DNA of 64,000 nt. Source: the human T2T-CHM13v2.0 reference genome, Homo sapiens. Below are positions 46,109 to 61,806 of the stretch, in pieces; the first letter of the stretch is position 1; each line of letters opens with the position of its first letter. The DNA lies in the NCBI RefSeq assembly GCF_009914755.1, contig NC_060925.1, one strand, 5' to 3'. A program made the translations under genes and the position numbers. Under the pieces are notes generated by a model. The model was given only the letters and a program-made list of their open reading frames with translations. It was not told where the DNA came from and searched no databases.

Positions 46109-48733
46109 CCTCTCCCTCTCCCTCTCCCCTCTCCCCTCTCCCCTCTCCCCTCTCTCCTCTCCACGGTCTCCTTCCATGGTCTCCCTCTGATGCCGAGCCA
46201 AAGGTGGACGGTACTGCTGCCATCTCGGCTCACTGCAACCTCCCTGCCTGATTCTCCTGCCTCAGCCTGCCGAGTGCCTGCGATTGCAGGCGCGCGCCGC
46301 CACGCCTGATTGGTTTTCGTTTTTTTTTTTTTGGTGGAGACGGGGTTTTGCTGTGTTGGCCGGGCTGGTCTCCAGCTCCTAACCGCGAGTGATCCGCCAG
46401 CCTCGGCCTCCCGAGGCGCCGGGATTGCAGACGGAGTCTCGTTCACTCAGTGCTCAATGGTGCCCAGGCTGGAGTGCGGTGGCGTGATCTCGGCTCGCTA
46501 CAACCTCCACCTCCCAGCCGCCTGCCTTGGCCTCCCAAAGTGCCGAGATTGCAGCCTCTGCCCAGCCGCCACCCCGTCTGGGAAGTGAGGAGCGTCTCTG
46601 CCTGGCCGCCCATCATCTGGGATATGAGGAGCCCCTCTGCCTGGCTGCCCAGTCTGGAAAGTGAGGAGCGTCTCTGCCCAGCCGCCATCCCATCTAGGAA
46701 GCGAGGAGCGCCTCTTCCCCACCGCCATCCCATCTAGGAAGTGAGGAGCGTCTCTGCCCGGCCGCCCATCGTCTGAGATGTGGGGAGCACCTCTGCCCTG
46801 CCGCCCTGTCTGGGATGTGAGGACCGCCTCTGCTGGGCCGCAACCCTGTCTGGGAGGTGAGGAGCGTCTCTGCCCGGCCGCCCCGTCTGAGAAGTGAGGA
46901 AACCCTCTGCCTGGCAACCGCCCCGTCTGAGAAGTGAGGAGCCCCTCTGTCCGGCAGCCACCCCGTCTGGGAAGTGAGGAGCGTCTCCGCCCGGCAGCCA
47001 CCCCGTCCGGGAGGGAGGTGGCGGGGGGTCAGCCCCCCGCCCGGCCAGCCGCCCCGTCCGGGAGGTGAGGGGCTCCTCTGCCTGGCCGCCCCTACTGGGA
47101 AGTGAGGAGCCCCTCTGCCTGGCCAGTCGCCCCGTCCAGGAGGGAGGTGGGGGGGTCAGCCCCCCGCCCGGCCAGCCGCCCAGTCCGGGAGGGAGGTGGG
47201 GGGTCAGCCCCCCGCCCGGCCAGCTGCCCCATCCGGGAGGGGGGAGGGGGGGTCAGCCCCCTGCCCGGCCAGCCGCCCCGTCTGGGAGGGAGGTGGGGGG
47301 GTCAGCCCCCCGCCCGGCCAGCCGCCCCGTCCGGGAGGGAGGTGGGGGGATCAGCCCCCTGCCTGGCCAGCCACCCCGTCCGGGAGGTGAGGGGCGCCTC
47401 TGCCCGGCCGCCCCTACTGGGAAGTGAGGAGCCCCTCTGCCCGGCCAGCCGCCCCGTCCGGGAGGGAGGTGGGGGGGTCAGCCCCCCGCCCGGCCGGCCG
47501 CCCCGTCCGGGAGGTGAGGGGCGCCTCTGCCCGGCCGCCCCTACTGGGAAGTGAGGACCCCTCTGCCCGGCCAGCCACCCCGTCCGGGAGGGAGGTGGGG
47601 GGGTCAGCCCCCCGCCCGGCCAGCCGCCCCGTCCGGGAGGGAGGTGGGGGGATCAGCCCCTCGCCTGGCCAGCCGCCCCGTCCGGGAGGTGAGGGGCGCC
47701 TCTGCCCGGCCGCCCCTACTGGGAAGTGAGGAGCCCCTCTGCCCGGCCAGCCGCCCCGTCCGGGAGGGAGGCGGGGGGGGGGGGGTCGGCCAGCCGCCCC
47801 GTCCGGGAGGGAGGTGGGGGGATCAGCCCCCTGCCCGGCCGGCCGCCCCGTCCGGGAGGTGAGGGGCGCCTCTGCCCGGCCGCCCCTACTGGGAAGTGAG
47901 GACCCCTCTGCCCGGCCAGCCGCCCCGTCCGGGAGGGAGGTGGGGGGGTCAGCCCCCCGCCCGGCCAGCCGCCCTATCCAGGAGGTGAGGGGCGCCTCTG
48001 CCCGGCCGCCCCTACTGGGAAGTGAGGAGCCCCTCTGCCTGGCCAGCCGCCCCGTCCGGGAGGGTGGTGGGGGGGGTCAGCCCCCCGCCCGGCCAGCCGC
48101 CCCATCCGGGAGGTGAGGGGCGCTTCTGCCCGGCCGCCCCTACTGGGAAGTGGGGAGCCCCTCTGCCCAGCCACGACCCCGTCTGGGAGGTGTGCCCAGC
48201 GGCTCATTGGGGATGGGCCATGATGACAATGGCGGTTTTGTGGAATAGAAAGGCGGGAAGGGTGGGGAAGAAATTGAGAAATCGGATGGTTGCCGGGTCT
48301 GTGTGGATGGAAGTAGACATGGGAGACTTTTCATTTTGTTCTGTACTAAGAAAAATTCTTCTGCCTTGGGATCCTGTTGATCTGTGACCTTATCCCCAAC
48401 CCTGTGCTCTCTGAAACATGTGCTGTGTCCACTCAGGGTTAAATGGATTAAGGGTGCGAGATGTGCTTTGTTAAACAGATGCTTGAAGGCAGCATGCTCG
48501 TTAAGAGTCATCACCACTCCCTAATCTTAAGTACCCAGGGACACAAACACTGCGGAAGGCCGCAGGGTCCTCTGCCTAGGAAAACCAGAGACCTTTGTTC
48601 ACTTGTTTATCTGCTGACCTTCCCTCCACTATTGTCCTATGACCCTGCCAAATCCCCCTCTGGGAGAAACACCCAAGAATGATCAATAAAAAAAAAAATA
48701 AATAAATAAAATAAAAAAACAAAAACAAAAACA
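46109..48733 (+). mobile_element. Full-length SVA retrotransposon (probably SVA_E), antisense to ITGB3BP
   Basis: (CCCTCT)n head, Alu-like segment, GC-rich VNTR (~46570-48190), SINE-R, AATAAA and poly(A). 13-bp TSD AAAACTGATCCAC at 46096-46108 and 48734-48746, at a TT/AAAA site. Confidence 0.96.
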
Positions 48734-48784
48734 AAAACTGATCCACAAATGTGAAATGTTGTTTATTGATTGATTCACTGATTG

Positions 48785-50182
<1,398 letters not shown>

Positions 50183-51232
50183 TAAAATGTCTCAGCTCTT
50201 ACTTAAACTCACTAATTATAACACCAATTCATGGAGTGATATACTTAAATAACAGAGATCTTTAGAAACAAATATGGAGAGAAATTAATAAATTAAGTAA
50301 ACATAGGCAAATTCCTATGTGACTCATAACAATGATTCTTGCTCTTCCCTTGCTCCTTGAAGCCCACTGCCATGGGAGCTATTGTTTTAAAAGTCTAAGC
50401 TCTAAATAAATTGATGGGTTTACAAGAAGAAAGAAGGAAAGACACTATTAAGTTTAAGTGGACCTGATTCAGGGAGAAAAACAACAGGCTTGATTATCTG
50501 GTATCACTTTTGTCCAACAACATTTCCTCCTTTGCTGCCTATTTACATTTTATATAACTGCACCAGAAATTAATTTGGTTTAGCAGGCACCTGCTGTCAA
50601 ATACAAGATTATCTGTAATTTTTAAATTTTTACTTGCTACTTGCTTTCACTGTATATCCTTTTGTATAATTTGAACTTTTTCCTGTGTACATATATTTCC
50701 TATGTTAAAAAACATTAAATAAGTTAAACAAAAAAGAATGCTTTCCTGTTAATATCTAGTTGAGATCAGTTCACTGAGGAAACAAAAGCTTTGATTAGGA
50801 GTAGGAAGAAATAATTTACAACAAAAATATTTGTGGGGCAGAAAAGACTGAAACACGCAAATATTTGGAGCTGGAGGAGCAGCATGTCGAGGGAAAACAG
50901 CTACTAAAAGCAAACAGAGGACAGATGGAGGAGATGCCAAACAATGAGGCTTCTTTGAAAAACTCTTCTCTTTGTCCCTAAAGTATTTTAAATGGCACTC
51001 AGTTTCCACATCTTTTAATCTGGACTACTACCAAAACTATATAGTTCAGCTATATTATGAAATAAATAGATCTGTGCCCTGACTTGGGGCTGTAGCCACA
51101 GATTATAACACTATTTGCATGGAAAATGCATTCTGAGTTCCATGTAAATGACTCCAAAAACATTTGTAAACATAACCCATTTCTAAATTGAGGAAGGTAT
51201 ATTAACTTACAGCATAAGATCATAAGCTCCCA

Positions 51233-51527
51233 GGCTGCATGCAGTATCTCACACCTGTAATCCCAGCACTTTGGGAGGCCTGGGCGAGTGGGTCGCTTGA
51301 GCCCAGGGGTTCGATACTAGCCTGGGTAACATGGCGAAACTCCGTCTCCGAAAAAATACACAAAAATTAGTAGGGCGTGGTGGCGTGGACCTGTAGTCTC
51401 AGCTACACAGGAGGCTGAGGTGGGAGGATTGCTTGAACCCAGGAGGTTAAGGCTGCACTGAATGGCGATCACACCATTGTGCTCCAGGCTGGGCAACAGA
51501 GTGAGACTCTCAGGGAAAAAAAAAAAA
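51233..51527 (+). mobile_element. Alu
   Basis: TSD AAGATCATAAGCTCCCA. Confidence 0.92.
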
Positions 51528-51705
51528 AAGATCATAAGCTCCCAATGGGGAAAACTTCATTTTCCTTCTCTTTACTCTTTAGTGTCCATTGGTGTGGTAC
51601 ATAGAAGATACACTGAAATGGTAAATGAGCTAAACATATGCACTACTTTGAAAATTTAACCCCTGTTCTGCTTAATTCAATCCTTCCAGGAAGAAGATAC
51701 AAATA

Positions 51706-52047
51706 CAGCTGTCCCTCAATATCTGTGGAGAATTGGTTCCAGGACTCCTGCAGATACCAAAATCCATGGAGGCTCAAGTCTCCTATATAAAATGGTGTAT
51801 CTGCATATAACCTATGCATATCCTCCCATATACTTTAATCATCTCTAGATTACTTATAATACCTAACACAATGTAAATGCTATATAAATAGTTGTTATAC
51901 TATATTGGTTTAGGAAATAATGGCAAGAAAAAAAAGTTTGTATATGTTCAGGACAGATGCAACCATTCATTTTTTTCTCGAAATATTTTCAATTTGTCAT
52001 TGGTTGAATCCACAAATGTGTAATACACAGACATGGAGAGCCATCTG
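51706..52047 (+). mobile_element. MER2 (Tigger-family MITE) inserted into the first decayed exon
   Basis: CAG...CTG termini, TA target duplication (51704-51705 and 52048-52049), ~342 bp. Confidence 0.88.
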
Positions 52048-52559
52048 TATTCTTCCCAGATTTTTCCTACGTAGACTTTCTGCAGATAATGTCTTCATTC
52101 AAAGGAACCACCAGCAGGACAATTTGAAAAAGATTGGTTGCTCGCATGTAGGCCTTCCAGGTTCCTCTAGATCTCTCACTCTGCTGGCTTCACTGTTTCT
52201 AGCTCCATCCTGAACCAGCTATTTGTTAAGACACTTTGTTCCTAAACCACGCATTACTTCTCCATCCATGTAAATCTGAAATAAGTGTCTTCCTCAGTTT
52301 TACCCTGCGCTGGTCTATTACGCATAGGCTCGGAGAACAGGGCTCAATGAGTATTAAAATTAAGGCATCATATATAACCATTATAGAACATCACAAACCA
52401 CATCACAACTAAGGTATTCTACTTACTTAAGAAAGAATATTTCAGGTCAGGTATAAACTATTAATTTCTACAAATAAATGCTTTTAAACGGTCACTTTAA
52501 CAAATATGAACGTCTTTCTGCAAGATACACATATATAATTTCAAAAATAACAAACTTAC

Positions 52560-52629
52560 TCATCATTGTCTTTTGTTGTAGATTCTTTGCTTTCAGTTAA
52601 ACTGGGGTGATTCAATTTTTTTCTCTTTT
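52560..52629 (-). CDS. ITGB3BP: ITGB3BP coding exon (70 nt): (E)KRKKLNHPSLTESKESTTKDND(E), with the KRKK NLS
   Basis: atatag acceptor, GA|GTAAGT donor, phase 1-2. Confidence 0.95.
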
Positions 52630-53124
52630 CTATATATGTGTAATAAAGAAAAGGACATAAAGTTAAAGGAGAAATCATCAAATTTTAAATAGAATTTAGT
52701 TTGTCAAATTTTAAATAGAAAGTAAAAAGGACAAATGGAAGGGAGGTGGGCAAAGAAAAAGTATCCTATTTTGTTTTTTTTCATTTCCCATTTTCCTAAT
52801 TTCTTACTCACAATACCATATAAGAAAAAATAATCTTTTGAATAAAATTTCCACTGAAGGTTGGTATATTAAAGAGAAATCAAATATGATTCTATAATTA
52901 GGTTAAAATGCATTAGTAAACTTTATTAGATAAAGGATACTTTCATCAAATATTTTAATCAATGATATCATATAAAGGCTTCCAGTTTGCATTATTCCAC
53001 CTTTATTTTTTTTCTCAAGTTAACAACAAGGGATTGGTGATACCGATACTCAGAAAATAGTTAAGTTCCTCGTAATATCATTGTAAAATAAATTTGATTT
53101 TAGGGGTAAAAGTACCTTTTAATT

Positions 53125-53810
53125 TTATTTTTAAACTGACACAATATTTACAGTGTATAACATGTTCTGAAATATGTATATATTGTGAAATGGCTAAATC
53201 AAACTAGTTAACATATCTATTACCTTACATGCTTATCATTTTTTATGGTATAAACACTGAAAGTCTACTCTCTCAGCAATTTTCAAGTATATAATATGTT
53301 GTTATTAATTACAGTCAATTATACAATAATTGAACTTGTTCCTCCTGTTTAGCTGAAATTTTTTATCATTTGGTCAACATGTTCCCAATCACTCGGCCCT
53401 CCCGACCAGCAGAACTTGGTAGTCACCATTCTATTTTCTGTTCTATGATTTTGACTTTTTTAGATCCCACTTATAAGTGAGATCATGTGGTATGTGTCTT
53501 TCTGTGCCTGGCTTACTTCCCTTAACATAATATTCTCCAGGTTCATTCATGTTGTCCCAAGTGGCAGGATTTCCCTCTTTTTAAAGGTTAAGAGCATTCC
53601 ACTGAGTATATATACCATATTTTCTTTATCCATTCATGTGTTCATGGGCACTTAGGTTGATTCAGTATCTAAGCTATTGTGAATAATGGTGCAATGAACA
53701 TGGGAGTCCAGATATTTCTTTGACATACTGATTTAATATCCTTTGAATATATACTCAGTAGTGGGATTGCTGGGTCATATGGTAGTTTTATTTAAATTTT
53801 TTGAGGACCT
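53125..53810 (-). mobile_element. L1MA 3' end
   Basis: Typical antisense L1MA 3' UTR motifs (ataagtgagatcatg, gggattgctgggtcatatgg). Confidence 0.8.
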
Positions 53811-54987
53811 GAATCTTTAAATGCATATTTATTTAGTAAATCCTTGGAAAGATCTAAGTATATCACTCATTATTTATTTAAGATAACAATAAAATAAATA
53901 AATGGTTACCTTCCATTTAAAATGCCATGTAGTTATCCAAGGTCATGGCTTATCTAAACTTTTACAAGTTTCACAAATTGACAGATGCACACGTGAAGAC
54001 ATAGGATGTAACTAAGTCATAATCCTTCATATGCCCACTGGGTTGAAATGTAAGTGTGTTTGATTTTATAGCTCTAGTAGAACATAATGTTTGTACTTAT
54101 CAATGGTCAAGTAGATAACTGTTTTATGAGCTATTTAGTTGTTTGTTCTAGAGTACTTTATACTACCATATACACTATGTACTTTAAACACATTTGATAT
54201 ATAATTAGCAAGTATTTGAGGACACATATTAGTAGAGTTAAGATTTTCAGTGTCTTAAATATACTGGCTTTTGATGTTTATGAATGAACAAGCAAATGAA
54301 TGAATAACCCAAACTGTTCACCACTAATGAAAAACAGTCAAACGAAACTCAATTTCATTGAGTCCACTGGTTCAGAAACTGATTAATAGTAATTCCTCTC
54401 ATTGTTACTTTGGACCTATGTCTTCCTCAAAAAAAACAAAACAAAAAAAACCCTATCACAATTAAATTGTTACCCCAAAATAGTCTCTAATGCAAAAGGA
54501 GAAAAAACTTACAGAAATTTTGTTAAAGCACTAGTTATTTCTCTTGTTTATGAACTATGCCTTATTTGACAAGTCTTTATCCTTAAGTTCCAAACAGAAT
54601 AAATTAATATGGTTAAAAATTTAGTAAAGAATGTAAGGGGAAAAGAATAACAATATATTATGATTTTAGAGAGTTTTGGAGTAATAAATTAAAATCTGTC
54701 TCTAAAAAAAAGCTGAAAATGAATGTTTTGTGGAAAACCACAAATGAAAACCCAAATTGTACCTTAAACCTTTATTTCAGAAAATCTTTGCCTAAAGGTC
54801 AATACTAGTTTCCTGAATTTTGTACTATGCTGTTTGCATTCAGTAAGGCTCCAAAATTAAGTATTAAAATTACTTTGCTCCTTTAACTTGTAATTCATTT
54901 TCACATTTCAGCACTAATAGCAAAAAATGTTAGGTAATAAATAGTAAAGAATGTTATTTGAATTTTCACTAGGTATTCAATGCCTTT

Positions 54988-57159
<2,172 letters not shown>

Positions 57160-57482
57160 CATTTGGCCCACACCTCAGATTGCTCATCACAGGTTTAAGG
57201 AGATAGTATATTAGTTTATCAGCTCTTTTACATATTGTTTGCTCCTTCTGCTACTTGAAAAAAAATCAGTCTTGCCAGAGGGCTAACATTTCATTAGACT
57301 TTTCTGAGAACCAGCTTTTGATTTGTTGCTTTTCTTTATTATTGCCCTGTTTTCAATTTGTAATTTATCTTCATATCATTATTTCCTTTCTACTTTGGGG
57401 GGTTCATTATGTTGTTCCTTTTCAGTCATTCTGAGTTGAATGCTTGACTCAATAGTTTTCAATCATTCTTCCTTTTTAAATA

Positions 57483-58178
57483 CAGTCATGAGCAGTATAA
57501 CAACATTTTGGTCAGTGACAAACCACATATATGACAGTGGTCTCATAAGATTATAAACACCATATTTCTACTGTACCTTTTCTACTCAGATATGTTTAAA
57601 TACACCAATACCATTATGTTTTGATTGCCTATGGTATTCAGTAGTCCACTGTATAGGTTTGCAGCCTAGGAACAAAAGGCTATACCATATAGCATAAATG
57701 TGTAGTAGGCTATGACATCTAGGTTTGTGTAAGTACAATCTATGATGTTCATACAATGACAAAATCACCAAACAATGCTTTCCTCAGAAGGTATCCCCAT
57801 TGTTAAGTGACACAGGACTGTATATGCATTTGTAAGTACAGTTGGCCCTCTGTATTAGTGGATTCCACATCTGTGGATTCAACCAACCATGGATCAAAAA
57901 TACTTTGTTTAAAAAAAGGATGGTTGCATCTGTACTGAACATATACAGACTTTTCCTTGTCATAATTCCCTAAACAATACAGTATAACAACTATTTCCAT
58001 AGCACTTACATTGTATTAGGTATATAAGTAATCCTGAGATAATTTAAAGTATATAGGAGGGTGTATTGGTTATATGCAAATACTATACTATTTTCTACAA
58101 GGGACTTGAGAGTCTGTGGATCTTGGAAACTGAGTGGGATCCAGTAACCAATCCCCCAGATAGGAAGGGACGACTGTA
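57483..58178. mobile_element. Adjacent Tigger3-like and MER2-family DNA elements
   Basis: CAG...CTG termini with TA flanks. Confidence 0.75.
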
Positions 58179-59201
58179 TAAAGCTTCCACCAAGAACTGC
58201 TTTAGTATAATGTAGGTATAAATTTTTCCTCTAAGTGCTGACATGTTTTCATTATCATTCAATTTTAAATATTTTATACTTTCCATTATAATTTTTCTGA
58301 TCAATGAATTATTTAGAAGTTTCTTGGTTTCCAAACATACAGGTTAAAATTTTTGGAGGGCTGCCTTTTCATTATTGATTCCTAATTGTATGAAATTTTA
58401 GAGTGTGAGCTGTATGACTGTAATTTTTAGTACAGTGAGACTTCCTCTGTAACTCCAAGCTGGTTACATTTTTGTGAACATTCTACATGTGCTTTATTAT
58501 ATGGGTATTATATCTTTTTGACCACAGCTCATTAGATAAACTTGCTAATTGTGTACAACTTGTCTATATCCTTCCTTTTTAACCGCTTCATCAGTTTCTG
58601 AAAGAGGTAGTTTAAAATCTCCTACAATGATTGTGGATTTATCAGTTTCTCCCTTGTTATCCTGTCATATTTCATTATGTTTTGAGTTTTTTAGATGCAC
58701 ATATGGCTCAGGATCCTTTTATTTTTGTAGTGGTGAATCTTTCTCTATCTCTTATGTAAAGAGCCTCATTATTTTCAATAAATCCTTTTAGGCATAAAGT
58801 CTATTTCAGCCTTTCTATTTTTGTATCAACTACTAGCTTTTTTTAAAAAGCTAGTATTTGCTTTGTTTTCTTTTTCTATTCCTTCAGATTTAATTGTCTT
58901 ATGTCTTTTCTTAAAGTCTAATTAATAATGCTATTAATGAAAATGGCTAGAACATGTATGGAACATATACTATTAATATACGTCAAGTACCATTCTAAGT
59001 GCTTTCTGTGTATTAATTCATTTAATCCTCACAATTCTGAGGTAGGAATTACTATCTTCCCCATTTTACAGGCAAGAAAACAAAAAATACAATGAAGAAG
59101 TCAACTGATAGATATCTTGTCTGCCTGAAAATACGAGGACCTTAAAATATTGTCTAAAACATCGTAACTCTTATCTGTTGCCTCCTCACCTTCCATGATA
59201 G

Positions 59202-59314
59202 TTTTTCACCCGCCCTCCAATTGTTTGACTTTTTTTTTCACCCGCCCTCCAATTGTTTGTTTTTAACCTGCCCTCCAATTTTTTTTTCACCCGCCCTCCA
59301 ATTGTTTGACTTTT
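59202..59314. repeat. Four-copy tandem repeat, TTTTTCACCCGCCCTCCAATTGTTTGAC-like
   Basis: Seen directly. Confidence 0.92.
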
Positions 59315-60111
59315 GCTTTATAGTCAGCAAAACTTGTAATTAGATTAACATGTTTGCTAATTCACTTTTTCATCATTGCTTTTTGCAATTCCACTCCTTT
59401 ATCTGAGGTTCACTTTACCTCTTAGAGAAGTAACTTATTTTGTAGTTATTTTAAGAGAATCTGTGAGTGGCAAACTCTCTGAGACTTTGTCTGAAAAATT
59501 GTATTTCATCCTCACTTCCTGGATAAAAACTCAACTGTGATTCTTAATTGATACTATTATTGCATTTTCTGCTGGAGTCTACTGATATAGATAAGTTTAT
59601 CAGTCTGTTACTCTCTTGTAGGTACTATCTTTTCTCTGGTTGCCCTTAAAATTTTGTCTTTGATGTTCTACATACAGTTTTATCATGATATAACTAGATG
59701 TGGATCTGTTTTACTTTACCCTGCCCAGACTTAGCATGCTACTCTAATTTGCAAATTCTTATCTTTCCTTAATTATGAAAAACTGATAGTCCTTATATCT
59801 TAGAATACTGCCTATGGACCATTCTCTGTATTTCCTCCTTGTAGAACTCCAATTTGGCAGATGTTGGAGAGTCTTATTCTGCCTATCATTTCACTTTATT
59901 GTTTTATCACATTCTCCTTTTATCTCTCTGTACTATTATATTGTTATAGTCTGAGTGATTTTTACAGATCTATTGTCCAGTTAACAAGTACTCTCTTCGA
60001 CTATGCAAATTTGTTGTTTATTCTTCTACTTTCATTATTAAATAACAAGTCCGAAGTGTTCATGGGAGGAAAGGGGAAAAATTTTCTCTTTCTTCTTTTC
60101 TAAAATGCATA

Positions 60112-61127
60112 CAACTGACCCTTGAGGAACTCGAGGGTTAGGAGTGCCAAATCCCCCATGTAGTCAAAAATCCAAGTATAACTCTTGACTCCCCAAAAAC
60201 TTAACTACCAATAGCCTACTGTTGACCAGATGCCACAAAGTCAATTAATACATATTTCGTGTGTTATATGTATTATATTGTGTATTCTTACAATAAAGCT
60301 AGAGAAAAAAGTTATTAAGAAAATCATAAGGAAGATAAAATATTTACAGTATTGTAAAGTATTAATACCATAAGCTTGTCATCTGTTTACAAGATGAACT
60401 GTCAGAAATGGTGAGGAACTACAGCTGCAGACCTTAATCTACAGTACATATCAAGTAATTCATCTTTTTCTTGTAATGTCATGATTTTTCTCTGCTCATT
60501 GGGAGCACTTCCAGCATCACTAGTGGCACTTTATGTGGGTTTCATGGTGTTAGTCAAGGTTTCCAGCATAGCCCTAAACATGATGAAAAACATACGAGAA
60601 CCATGAGATCATTTTTTACTGCAATACACAATTTACTTGAGAGACACATTACTTGTGCAGAGATTATCAGCATCACATGGTCAAGCAGATACTTGCAACA
60701 CTTGAGCTCACTACAATAGCAACAGGAGGTAGCTATGAAATTATTACAGTAGCACAGTATGTACTAGAGTTAATTTTATGCAGTTATGATTTAGTACTGC
60801 ATCTTTATATTCATTTACATTTCTCTCAGCTGCAAATGGGACTGTGTAGCGTCTAAGTGTTTGTATGCATTAGTTTTGATAAATTTTATTTTTTATAATA
60901 AATTTGTGTATGTTTTATGGTAAATGATAGACTAGTAGCTACATATATTTTATGCATCCATGGCATAGCCAACTTTTTTTTTTATATTTACAGTCTATAA
61001 AGTTTGTCTGCAGGGTTTTACAAATTGTCACAAAACTCCAAAAAATTTTCCAGTATGTTTATTTGAAAATAATCTTCATGTAAGTGGACCTGTGCAGTTC
61101 AAACCCATGTTGTTCAAGGGTCAACTG
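60112..61127. mobile_element. Tigger2-family DNA transposon derivative (~1 kb)
   Basis: TIRs CAACTGACCCTTGA...TCAAGGGTCAACTG with TA flanks. Confidence 0.82.
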
Positions 61128-61231
61128 TAATAGTCTGGAGAAACTTGCTATGGGTTGGAGGAGGGCAGCAAAATAATGTACATACAAATTAAAAAATACA
61201 TAAATGATACATAACATACACACATACATAT

Positions 61232-61806
61232 AGAGTTATGTGTCACTTAACTATGGACATACATTCTGAGAAATGCATCATGAGGTGATCTCATTGTTGT
61301 GCAAACATCGTAGGTGTGCTTATACAAACCTCCATTGTATAACCTACCACACACCTAGTGTATAGCCTATTGCTCCTAGTCTACAAACCTGTACAGCATA
61401 TTACTGTACTGAACACTGTAGGCAATTGTAACATATTGTAAGTATTTGTTTATCTAAACATATCTAAACATAAAAAAGCACAGTAAAATACGGTATTATA
61501 ATCTTACAGGACCATCATTGTATGTGGTCATTTGTTGAACAAAACATCATTATGTAGTACACGACTATATCATGTACTACATATAATTGTACATGCTACA
61601 CTTTTATATGACTAGCAGCGAGCTAGGTTTGTTTACACTGGCATCACCACAAAAATGTGAGTAACGTGTTGTGCTACAATGTTATGACGGCTACCGGGCA
61701 ACTAAGCAATAGGAATTTTTCAGCTCCATTATAATCTTGGGGGACCCCTGATGTGTATACAGTCTGTCACTGACTGAAATGTTATTATGTGCTGCATGAA
61801 CGCATC
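61232..61806. mobile_element. Tigger3-like element
   Basis: Motifs cattctgagaaatgcatc and tatagcctattgctccta..ctacaaacctgtacagcat. Confidence 0.75.

Noticed and set aside
50804-50980. Plus-strand open frame EEIIYNKNICGAEKTETRKYLELEEQH...SSLCP* and the overlapping minus ORF 50749..51009
   Set aside because: Protein-like composition, but no good splice sites, no motif and no fit with the LRR relic; probably chance.
52678-52720. 17-bp direct repeat TCAAATTTTAAATAGAA upstream of the KRKK exon acceptor
   Set aside because: Small local duplication with no evidence of function.
59202-59314. CRISPR-like appearance of the short repeats
   Set aside because: Eukaryotic DNA, no unique spacers and no cas genes; it is a simple tandem repeat.
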